A stretch of DNA of 64,000 bases, taken from contig CM060733.1 in the NCBI GenBank assembly GCA_030704615.1, positions 71,796,001 to 71,860,000 on the forward strand. The letters are read 5' to 3'. Positions 11,405 to 22,600 of the stretch are shown one piece after another. Each line of letters starts with the position of its first letter. The stretch's first letter is position 1. The stretch is from Takakia lepidozioides. Lineage: Eukaryota; Plantae; Bryophyta. The notes under the pieces are model-generated. The model was not told the DNA's origin and searched no databases. It saw only the letters and a list, made by a program, of their open reading frames with translations. Both the position numbers and the translations under genes were made by a program.

Positions 11405-14400
11405 CCTGTACAGAAGGCGCATTGCTGCTTTGTCCGCGTTCGGCTGGTCGGTGAACTCGTGGCTCCGGCAGGCATGGGGTATCTCCCGAAAGAATAGGTC
11501 GGTTTTGTACAGCAGAAAGTACCTCGTCACATAGTCGCGTAGGCTCTCTGCTGCAGGAGAAATCTCCATCTTGAACTGATGTGCTTATGTGTCCAGCTGC
11601 TCTTGCGCATTCGTTGTCACCTGTGGAGATTCTCAATCAGATCGCTTTCCTGAAAAATACAATGAATCCACCCCCTACAAGAGTAGAAGCGCCAAACGAA
11701 GCGTGGGGAAGTACCTGAAACCACCATGTCATGCGGTTCATCCACATGTCGAATGTCGGGTCAGACAGTTTGTCCGGTTTGGGGAAGCTCCACATGTCCC
11801 TTGTACTTTGGGAACCATTCCAGATTTGGAGCCACCGGGTCTGTCCAACCACCCAGCATATTCGTAAGCGCTAAACACCACAAAAACGAGTTGTTGCCAC
11901 CACAATTTGGTTAAGAATGTATCACCTTTTCTGTTGCATCCACACAGGATGTGGCTAGACGATGGAGCTTCTCCAATGTCATCGTGGGCTTCAGAGCGCG
12001 GGAGTAGTGCTTCCCCACCTCCACCAGAAAGTCGACACCAAGGGCGAGATCAGCTATGGCGACGTACTTTACCATCCGCGACTTGTACTTTATGGGGGCC
12101 CTGGCCTCCGCAGCTTTGAGATACGATTCGAGTGCCGGGAGGGTTAGATTCTTCTCCTCTGACTCCATGTAGAACCTTCGCGCATGTGCCAAATCCTGCT
12201 GAATTTTCGTCTGTCAAGAATGCGCACATAAGATTAGAGATCCTGCTCAACACTTTTTCTTCTATTGGGGGAGGAGAGACAGATTAGCTCAACAAAACAG
12301 TCAGGAGCTTTACCCGAAATATGTAGTCCACCATGGCGTCCATGCTCAGCCTATACCAGGTTCTGTCTGTCTTTGCCTCCGACTTGCGCAGGAGGTCGGC
12401 ACTGAGCGAATTGGCAAACTCTTGCACCCCCTGCTTCCCGACATCCTTCACTTGGAAGAGCATATGGGACAAGTTGGTGGCAATGAAGGCATTCTTAGTC
12501 ACCCTGCAATGCCACATTTCCATCAAACAATACTGAAATGGGAATTTTGAACAAATATGAGCATTCGCAATGAAATGACTTACAAATTTTGGGTCCAAAA
12601 GCAAGAGGCGTTGTAACTTACGAGTTGATGTCCGCCATTGCAGCTTTGAGAAGACTGCGATCTTTGGGCCCCGCAACCTTCAGCACAACACACTCCACGA
12701 CGAAATGCCAATCGAGGTCGTTGGGGTGGGCTTCGGCTATGTGCTCCATCCATGCCAGGAGGCGATGATTGCCGTCCCACACGTAAAACATCTTTCCGGA
12801 CAAGTGCTGGAAAAGAGGATCAGTAGCAATCGATCTCTCGAACTCCTCATTTCGCCTTTGCCAATGGGGACCCCATTTGTCCACCTCATCGGAAGTGTGG
12901 GCACGGGAAGCTCCGTGGTTGTTCTCAATGGAAACATAAAACGCGGCAGACCCCATTCGATATCCATCCCGGAAAGAGAATTTCAGCTTGTCGATATCGC
13001 CTGGGAGGGCAGGTCTCACCACCTGCAAAGACACCAAGCGGCAAAGGGGAATTCGAAGCTTGGCCGGGTACACCATGCCCCCCAGCACCCTGCCAATGTT
13101 GCTGTGGGTTGCCTCCAACATCTTGGCAGCGGCCAACTTCATATCCGCCTCCGACATGACGTCTGCTGCAGAGGGGTTCTCCGGCAGCCCACCAGGACCG
13201 CCAAATCCAGCCTGTATGTTGCGAGTTTGGGGCCTAGGGATGTCCGGGAGGATGTCATCCTAGTCAGAAAGCTCGGTGTCGTCCTCCTCAACATGGTCAA
13301 CCACCGGCGAAACCACCTCGAGCACTTTCCCCGTCTCTACTGCTCACTCTGCCATCTCCCGGCTTCATCTCGAACTTGCACAATCCGTGCTCTTTGTGGT
13401 GTTCTTTCCTCTCCTCCACTCTCCACCGTATGGGTAATTGCGGGGGCTGCTCTTGTCCGCGATGGTGTAACCGGTGTGTTACTGCCTCTTTGTGGTGTCT
13501 TGGAGGGATTCACCGTCTCTGTGCGTCCCTCGCTTACACGGGCATCTGTCATTTCGGCACCCCTGGCCTCTTCAGTGGCCTTTTCTCTTTCCTCCTGGCT
13601 AGCCTTCTGTCTCGCCTGTTCTTTTGCCCTCTCTTTTGCCCTCTCACGGGCTTTCTGTTTCTTACTAGGGCTAGCAGCAGGGGAGCCCTCTAGGACGACC
13701 ATCTTTGATTGAGGAGAACTGACACCCTCGCGCGCACTGCTCACTCCCCCCTCTGTAGCCCGTGACGGCTCTCTCGCCGGGGATTGCATGTGTTTGGCTT
13801 TCTTCTTCTTCTTTGTATGGGCGGGCCCTACTGCATGTGCATCAATAACCTCCATTGCCGGATCTGCTGTCCTCACGTCCTCACGCCCTTCACCTGCCAT
13901 GCCGCCTGCACCAACCTCCCCAATGCCTATTCTGTCGTACTCTCGCTGCAGGTCCTCCCGTCCACCAACAAAAGGTTTTAGTTTGCCCTCCCGCCCCAAG
14001 TTGGGCGATCCAAACATGCGATGAGTTGGAGCTGTCGATGATACCACCAGCGTGTCGGGCTCGTCGTCACTCTGTCATTCCCGAAAATCGTGAGAACCAA
14101 CATCGGAATGAAAACCACCATCCGCCACGAGCAGCGCAACCACCATCGCAACAATCGTGGAACAACAATGAAAACAAAACAAAACCAAGTATGGAGTGCC
14201 ATGGAACAACAATGAAAACAAATCCAACCAATGCCTAAGAATGACATGCACAAGCAGCCTTCTCTAGAGCTGCCGGCTTTGCACACGCATTGCAAACTAT
14301 CTAAGGTTCACTCAACCAGTAACTTGCAGAAATCAACATGAAACACGATGAACAAATGAACACGAATTCCAGAAGACGGGAAAACAGGGTGAAATGTTTT

Positions 14401-14857
14401 GAAGGCACTTCATCTGCTCAGACAATCTTCTCAGCTCAGCATGGATTTTCTTAATTCCGAGATGCAACCTGTTATCTACAGCGAGGTGTGCACCCTGTTC
14501 TGGCAAGCAATCTGAATGCAGCAACGACCTGGCTCCTTTCTAACCACTCTGACCTTGATCATTCTTCTCAACAACTCGTGCTTTTGCGATGCAACCATGC
14601 GCTTCCAGGGCTGCCAGGCGGAAGATGTGAAAACAAACTAAAAAAACGAAGAAAACCGAAAGAGGAAGGGGCGGAACCTGAGAGTGCTCGGCTTCAGTTG
14701 GCGCGGGCTGTGAGCAAGACAATGGAATTTCCTGCTGGAGCTTAAGTTTGGCCATGCGAGAGGTTGGACGTCGCCCGTAGTACAAAGCCTTCAGCTTCCG
14801 CCGCGGTCTGGATGTGGGGTTTCTCTCAGGAGAGCCACGCCCTTCTCCACGCGGCAT
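11405..14857 (-). pseudogene. Multi-exon ParB/Srx-like domain gene (family A), 3' exons absent
   Basis: 12618..13157: LRIPLCRLVSLQVVRP..FYVWDGNHRLLAW; downstream exons (RWLQIWN..WMNRMTWWFQ; FFRE..AMRLLYR) align by eye with the family B gene; putative first exon MPRGEG..RRKLKALYY at 14857. Confidence 0.75.
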
Positions 14858-15034
14858 AAGTCCCAGCAAAAGAAAAAAGATCTCGCAGTATGTGTGCGTA
14901 CATGCCTCGAATAGAAGTTCATCCAAGTTTAGCATCAGGTTTCCAAGGCGTATCCGGGAAGCAAGCGCGGAATCCTTGTGTCGCCAGCCCGGTTCAAAAC
15001 CGACGGCGGAGGACATTTAATGCGCAACTACGTC

Positions 15035-16300
15035 AATCGCCCGCTAGATGGAAAAAATCGGCGCCGAATTTCCATCCAGCGGATGAAGTATGACGCAACG
15101 AGGCCATCCCTCCGCCCCAGCCGTTCTCATCCAGGAGACGCCGGATGGAAATCCTGCGCCACATTTCCATCCTACAGGTAATTTGGAGCGCGGCCGGATG
15201 GAAAAACGGCGCCGAATTTCCATCTTGCAGGCAATTCGGAGCGCGGCCGGATGGAAATCCGGCGCCGAAATTCCATCCTGCAGGTAATTCGGAGCGCGGC
15301 CGGATGGAAATCCAGCGCCGAATTTCCATCTGCCAGGTAAGTCGAAGCGCCGAATTACCATCCTGCAGGTAATTCTGAGCGTGGCCGCTTGTTTTTTTGG
15401 TCTAAAAAGACACAACCTTAAGTTTTAGACACGGTTTTCAGGGAATTCTCGACTGGTTGAGAGAAATTCCTTGCTTCTTTTCCATCCCTCGTAGTTCCTA
15501 CATGGAAATTCGTTGCCGAAATTCCATCTGGCCGCGATTGCGATTAAATGCCGAATGGAAATTCGGCGCCGGTTTTCCATCCCCTCCGCCCGAGTCGACT
15601 TTATTCCGGCGCCCCCTGTTGGATATTCGGTGCCGAATTTCCGTCCGGGGGTTGTATTGTGACGGCCAGGTGCCGGCCTCTCCCCCCGAGCCGACTGCAT
15701 CCGAACAGCCCCGGATGTAAATTCCGCGTCGTTTTTCCATCCGGGGAGATTTTTATGTCGGCCAGTTTTCGGCATGACCCCCCGACACGACTTCCTTTGG
15801 GGGGGCCCGGATGGAAACTCGGCGCCGAATTTCCATCCGGGGGATATTCTCTGTCGGACAGGTGCCGGCCTCTCCGCCCGAGGCGACTTCATCCGGGCGG
15901 CCCCTGTTGGATATTCGGTGCCGAATTCCCGTCCGGGGGTTGTAATGTGACGACCATGTGCCGGCCTCTCCCCCCGAGCCGAATGCATCCGAACGGCCCC
16001 GGATGTAAATTCGGCGCCGTTTTTCCATCCGGGGAGGTTTTTATGTCGGCCACTTTTTGGCCTGACCCCCCGACACGACTTCCTTTGGGGGGGCCCGGAT
16101 GGAAACTCGGCGCCGAATTTCCATCCGGGGGATGTTCTCTGTCGGACAGGTGCCGGCCTCTCCGCCCGAGTCGACTTCATCCGGGCGGCCCCTGTTGGAT
16201 ATTCAGTGCCAAATTTCCATCCGGGGGTTGTAATGTGACGGCCCGGTGCCGGCTTCTCCCCTTCAGCCAACATCATCCGGGCGGCCCCCCACTTTCTGAC
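15035..16300. repeat. Intergenic palindrome arrays of family A (~53-bp units at 15035-15380, ~289-bp units at 15500-16300)
   Basis: CCCCTGTTGGATATTC at ~15613, ~15901 and ~16190; repeated GGAAATTCGGCGCCGAATTTCC. Confidence 0.95.
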
Positions 16301-16524
16301 TGCACACCGTTGGCAGTTATTGCGCAAAGACCAGGGGCCGCATTCCGGAGACAATGTTCATTAACACTCTGACTGTGGATTTTTGAGATAGTTGGCTCCC
16401 TGGATTTGGATGAGGCTTCGTCGCTCGGACAAATCGGCACCGCATTCCTTCCCATCGGTGCATCCTCCTTCTACCGGGGAGCTTGCCTGCACGCCATCCT
16501 GGCAGTCTTGTGTGCACATCTCCC

Positions 16525-18944
16525 ATGGCGGAAAACCCGAGCGCTACAGTGTACTGCCCTCCTCACGAGCATAGAGCTTCATTTCCGTGCAGAGGGGACA
16601 TCTGCCGTGTGATGGAGAAATATCTGTGCGTTCGATACCACCTGAAACCGGGGTCGGTTTTTTTGGAGGAGGAAAGGAAGGACTCAAACGGCGTTGTTGT
16701 CGAGAGTATTGTTGTGCTCCACGATGATTTCGGCGATGGCAGGGAATGGTGAGTTCCACCATCGGACAACGTCATATACAGGGCAGTTGGGGACTTCATT
16801 TGCCCACCAAATGCACCTTCTATCCTGGCGCCTTCCACGAAACAATCCGCGAATCAGAGAGTGGGTACCTCAAAGAGAGAAGTCCGCAACGAAGTAAATC
16901 CAGAGCCCAACCCATCAATGAAGACGAGCGAGAACCGGGTTGTTCACAACCTGTCCGACTCCGACAAGGTCATGGAAGTTCCGAGATCGTCCTGGAGATC
17001 AGGAAAGTCCTCAATGGACGTCAGTGGACAAGGGAGTCATATTCCCAGCACGAGCACCGCAGTTCTTGAAATTCTGCGAGGGCTTCACAAGGATGGACAC
17101 CGCTCGGAGCTGGCCGGGCTAGACTACAGCAAGTTTGCAATTAAATCGGTTACATGCCTTCCCGCAGACGTCGACGGTAATATCTTCTTTGAGTTCCCTC
17201 CTCGGACGGACTACTCGAGGGCGTCCGGAATGTTGACAGATATGGATAGAAAACATGATGGTCATCCTTGGTGCGTCACCAAAACCACCAGCATGAAGAT
17301 GCTCGATGGTGTGCGGGTGCGCTACATTGTTTGTGCGGGCGCGTTGCGGTGTTTCTCCCCAACTTGCTTCCATTTTAAATCCAGAGGTCACAGGAACAAG
17401 ACCGATTGGACAGGCACAACTCATCAACCATTTTGAGCTCAGGAGAAGGTTCCGAACTCCACATTTAAGTGTGCGCATTGCAAAGAACCACCACACTGCA
17501 TGTTTGTTTGTAATGCCAAGCAGTTCTATGTGTTGCACCGTTTCCCTGGCCTCACCCGAGCTTGCATACACGTTCGTTCCCATTGTCACAAATTGGCGAG
17601 GGGGAACTCGCGGGAGGCTGCCCACGAGGCAGAGCAGCTCGTTCAGGAGGAGGTTAAGTTGAGACCGGGTGCCAAACCCAAACAGATACAACTCCAAGCC
17701 GCCCATAAGATGGCATTGGCCAGAATTATGTCGGAAGACGGCTCCGATAGAGTTCCTCTCGATGAGAAGGAAATGGAGGCATTGCTGGAGTCGGTGTCCC
17801 ACGTCTGTTCACCGAATGTCCGAAACCACATTGTCTCATGCAAACAGAAAATTGGGCGTGGCTCGGATATGCACTCCATTCTGGAGGTGAAGCGACGATG
17901 TGGATATGACTACATTCATGGAAGTAGGTTTCCAGGACAAGGGACTGAGGCAGATCGTTGTTTCGTATTCAAAATGTCCACGTGTGGACCTGGCAGCGGC
18001 GTCGAACTGGTCGACAGGATGACGAGTGGCAACTTGTCAAACAGTTGGGTCATGTTCGACCATATCAAGCGAATTACAAATCACCAGTGGGTGACAATGG
18101 GTGCACATGTCTACGACACCCACTGCAGGATGCTAATGACAATTGCTATTTGTGAGATGAAAGGAGAGGACACACAATTGGAGATGCTTCTTTGGCAGGG
18201 AATAAACAAACAGATGGCCAAGGCGGGATTGCCCCCTCCCAATTTCCGTGGTTTCATGGCGGACAACACACAAGCAAATTGGGCTGCCATCCAAAGGGTG
18301 TACGGGCAAGACCCCAATGTTCCCATGGAAGGCAAGGAGAGATCTTGTGGGTTCCATTTTCTGCAGAGCCTTTTGCAGTACACAACCAAGCTCGTGGCGC
18401 CAGATTTCAAAGAGGAGCACCGTTCCATGTGTCTTGCGTGGAAGCGTGCTCCCACCTTGGATGATGCAGAGACACAGTTTGCATATATACGGGCTTGGTG
18501 GACATCGTCAGGTGCTGTAAGGAAATCAGACGAGGGAGCAATGGTCAGTTGGCTAGCATGGTGGCATTATCGTTTCCTCCAGTTCGGCGACTATATGCGG
18601 GAGGTGAGTTGCACGAATTCGCGTCCCGTTGAATATTATTCTTGGCATTATTTGTAACTTGCTTGTAACCTCAACATGTGCTTGTGCAGGAAATGTGTCT
18701 CGACTCCGACACCGACATGCCCACGACAAACATGGCCGAATCAGTGCATTCTTCCTGGCGTACCTCCTCTGCGGCGCATCTGGTGGACATCCTCACTGCC
18801 ACAACGGAGGACATTGTGAGGTCAATTATGCAGCAATGCAGGTACAACAAGTTCTTGAAAGGGAAACAGTGGGGCTTGGGGCCGGACAGGCAGGAAATGC
18901 TGATACGGAATGCCTCCAGATCGAAGAATCCTCGGAAGTGGGCG
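16525..18944 (+). pseudogene. MULE-type DDE transposase with GCM-like domain (family A), two nonsense mutations, 3'-truncated; intron 18604-18689
   Basis: WVMFDHIKR (D1), RGFMADN (D2), CGFH (CxxH), TTNMAESVH (E); TGA at 16750 and 17434 where copy 1 has CGA. Confidence 0.9.
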
Positions 18945-19170
18945 TTTACAGCAATTAAAGCAAAAGAAGCATGAAACTGTTGAAGAGTACATGGAAAAGA
19001 TGGAGTTGATGATGAAAAAGTTGGCTGCTGTGCCAGCACCAGGGTTACAGAAGACCTGGTTTGTGAGTGGATTAAGACCTGAATTACAAAAGAAAGTGGA
19101 TATGCTACCCCCATAATACAGTGGAGGAGGCATTTGAAACAGCCAACAGAATTGAGCAATTGGGGATGCT
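18945..19170 (+). mobile_element. Ty3/gypsy gag fragment (same family as 54589-62100), left of the family B insertion
   Basis: LQQLKQKKHETVEEYMEKMEL..NRIEQLGML matches ORF 58573..60348. Confidence 0.95.
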
Positions 19171-19694
19171 ACAGGGATGCCTCGGCGTGAGCCTGGTCAC
19201 GTGAGCGCGTGAGCGCAACTGCGCTCACGCCACGTCACCTTGCGCAAATGCCACGTCACGGGGCTCACTCCACGTCATCACACGTGAAGGCCGCGTCACC
19301 ACGCGCCCAGAAAGAAGTGGAGTGTATTCCCGCAGATTGGCACCCTTTACCGTGGAAACAAGCTGGACGACATAATAAAAGGCATTGACCAAAACTTTTG
19401 ACAAATGCACAACGTATATGAAATGAGTGTGGAAGGCTTGTGGGGTGGATTAAAGAGTACAGAGGATGAATGTACAATGGATGTTGAACAAAGGAAAAAA
19501 TTCATGAATGGAGCACGCATGAATACACTGTAGATGAATGCACAATGGATATGAGAAGAGTCAGGGAGGTTTGTGAGATGGATTCATACATATTGCTCTA
19601 TGATTATTATTTGTTCTAAAGGAACAACTACGGTGGAGGAAGGGGATTCAACGTTTTCCAGATAGTATGAAAATGAATATTAAAAGAATACAGT

Positions 19695-22600
19695 TCAGTC
19701 TGACTCAGAGTCAGTACAATGTATCCCCGCTTCCTCTGCATCTAAGTCTAAGTATTTTAGAACACCGGATCCACGCTGGATACACCTACGGCTGGCCACT
19801 AAAAAGTTAGGGGATAGGGACTCGGCCGCGTGAAGTGCCATTGCTTCGGCATAAACAGGAAGTAGAAAATTGGAAAGGGGGCTGTCGAAAACAGACTCGC
19901 CAGAAATGACTGTATCTCCTGAAGATCCACCGGTGCCTTTCCTGAAAGACAGCCTGAAAAAGTTATTACTGTAACTTTGATGTTATTGAGAAATTGAGTA
20001 TGGCTCCCAAAGAGGGTTTAGCACTTACTCACATGAAAAGTCGTTGTTGACCTGCTTATCTTCGGGATCGTCATCATTTCGAATTTGAATCCGATCAGTC
20101 TGTGTGCCTGAAGTGGAGCCAGACAAAAGGGGGAGGAGCACTGTGTTGTAGAGGTCAGAATCACCCTCCATGCCAAAAAGGCTTCTTCCGCCTGCCTTGC
20201 ATGCATGGTAAGTTGCTCCTGCACCAGACATGAGGACATGAACAGTTTGGTGGGGGGGGGATTTAAGCAGATGAAACTGTTGAAAGAAAACCAATTCGGA
20301 AGGGAAAGAACGAACCTGTGGACACAAAAAGATCGACCACCCGTGCAGAGCGGTGGCTGCATGACTCCAGCAGTATTTGCATGAACGCTCGGGACTTTTC
20401 CTTTGCACCTCTCCAGGGAGTGCCATCTGGTCTCTTCAGAGTCTGACTGGACTGCATGAAGTTGTACAAAATGTCATCGACATGCGGCTCATAGGGGGGG
20501 TTGACGAAACAACCCTGGTCAGAAATCTCAAAGCTGCGGATGGAGGATGGTGTCTTTGAGGTGCGAATCCTCCGCAGGCAGATCGCCTCGAACATCCTCG
20601 TCTGCCAAAGATAGCAGGTTAGTGTGGTAAACACAATCTATAGTGGAAGTGTGTACATCGGCTATTCAGAACTCAGACACAAAAAAATCATGAATCGGTG
20701 ATGATCGGTGTCGATCATAACACATTCTACTAGAGTGGAGCTGCAGAGAACATTGAAACTCATCATGAAAGCACAAGCAGAAGGGAGACGGCATACCAGC
20801 TGACCAGAAAAACCCCCTTTCACAAGGTAGAGGCTGTTCACACAATTCCATGTGCGCAAAACTTCAAACCCTGAAGACTTGAGGTATGATGCCAATGCCC
20901 GACGACTATCATTGTCACATGACTGAAAAAGCAGAAGTGTCCCTGCATCAGAGAGGAAGTTGTTACAGAACCCGAACACCCAACTCCAGTAGTTGTCCTC
21001 GAATTTGTTCCAGCCTGGCGTCTTGCCCTTTGGAAGAACTTCTGGCACAGCCTGGCCATCCGGGATGTCGAGAATGACAATGTCGGCCGCATAAGTTTTC
21101 TGCACACCGCACACGAAGGTGGGACCTGTGCTCACCTGCAACAGACATGTTTTTTATAAGAACGATGGCAAGAATGTTTTCAAAGAACGAGACTGAAATA
21201 CTGCCAACGAAACTTTCAGAGAAAAAGAAAAGAAACTGGAATTCTCACCAGATTGAGGAATGAGATTATATTGTCCCAGGTAGGGGATGGCACCCCAGTG
21301 TATCCTCTCTTTCGACTCTGCATCATCGACAGCCAACCCTCATTAACAATTTTCATCTCTCCTGCCGAATCAGAACGGGAAGGGTGTGGCTTGGCATCGA
21401 ACACGCACTGAACAGTGCGGGTATATCTTCCAGCAGTAAAGTCCTGCCCACTCTCCATCTCCTTTTCTTTCTCCTTCCCCTTGTCCTTTTCCTTCTTTTG
21501 GACTTGTCTTTGTCCTTTGGCTTTGCTGGTGAGATGGCTATGACATCAACAGCCTTGTCTTTTGGTTTGCGGCCCGCCTTCTTTCCCTTCTGCGGCGTTC
21601 CCTGAGCATCAGGCTCCTTGGCAACCAATGTTGCTATGTTTCGTTGGTACTCTTCGTCAGTCAAAGGCGCCAGCATCTCAGCGTTATTGTTCAAGTATTT
21701 CATATGCTGTTCTTGAAAGGTCGTGTGCTCCGGTGGGCAGTCAAGGTACCACCCACAGTCTCTGAAGTGAGAAGGACTCCAGTCCTTCAATATCCCTGCA
21801 GTATACATGGTTGGATCGTTTGCAGGGTCCGACCACATGTCAAGATAGTCTGGAATTCCGCTCAGGTGATTTCCTTCCATAAGCACATATTTCGTGTACC
21901 TGAAAAAAGGAGATAAATCCCAACCCACAAAAGCGCTCAGTGAGTAAGATGCAAGTAGAACAGAATGAAAAAAACATAGATTGAAATGGCTCTGAGAACT
22001 GCTCCAAGGACCTTTCAGGACCACACGATGCTCCAGATGTGAATGTCGTCAACGCCATTCAAAACATTCCATTCAATGATACTGTAAATACACCCTAATC
22101 CAGGTGAATGCAAACTATCGTTTTTGAATGACACAGACATAGAAGTGAATGTCGTCAACGACATTCACTAATCAAGCCTAATTATTCCTTAAATGAAGCA
22201 AAATCACATATGGAAATCATAAACTCGAGTAAGGAACCCTCCAGGAAAACTCAATGCACATTCATAACGAACATATCACTGAGGACCTCACAACAACACT
22301 GTATGTGAATGGCGTCAACGCCATTCAAAAAATACCAACAAGGAACCAATTACTTAGCTCCCAATCCATGTAAATTCAAATTGTCGCTGGTGAATAATAC
22401 AGACACAGAAGTGAATGTCGTCAACGACATTCACTTTGGATTTCTCATAACAGAGCTTATCAAGCCTCCAGATTCCTCGCAAGAGGCAAAAACAATGCAG
22501 AACAACTGAATGTCTGCATTGACATTCAGCAAAATGAAGTGAGGAACCCTCACTGTAACCTCTATGGACATTACAAAAATTTACATAACTCTGAGGACCT

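Larger units (their letters stand above)
9426..18944 (+). mobile_element. Family A MULE-like transposon, partial copy 2 (ParB-like gene plus divergent transposase; both termini missing)
   Basis: Same two-gene layout as the 19171-30565 element; truncated by a gypsy gag fragment at 18945. Confidence 0.8.

Noticed and set aside
12705-13712. 335-aa plus-strand ORF and other long antisense ORFs (5809..6609, 17119..17802, 28503..29291)
   Set aside because: Shadows of coding sequence on the opposite strand
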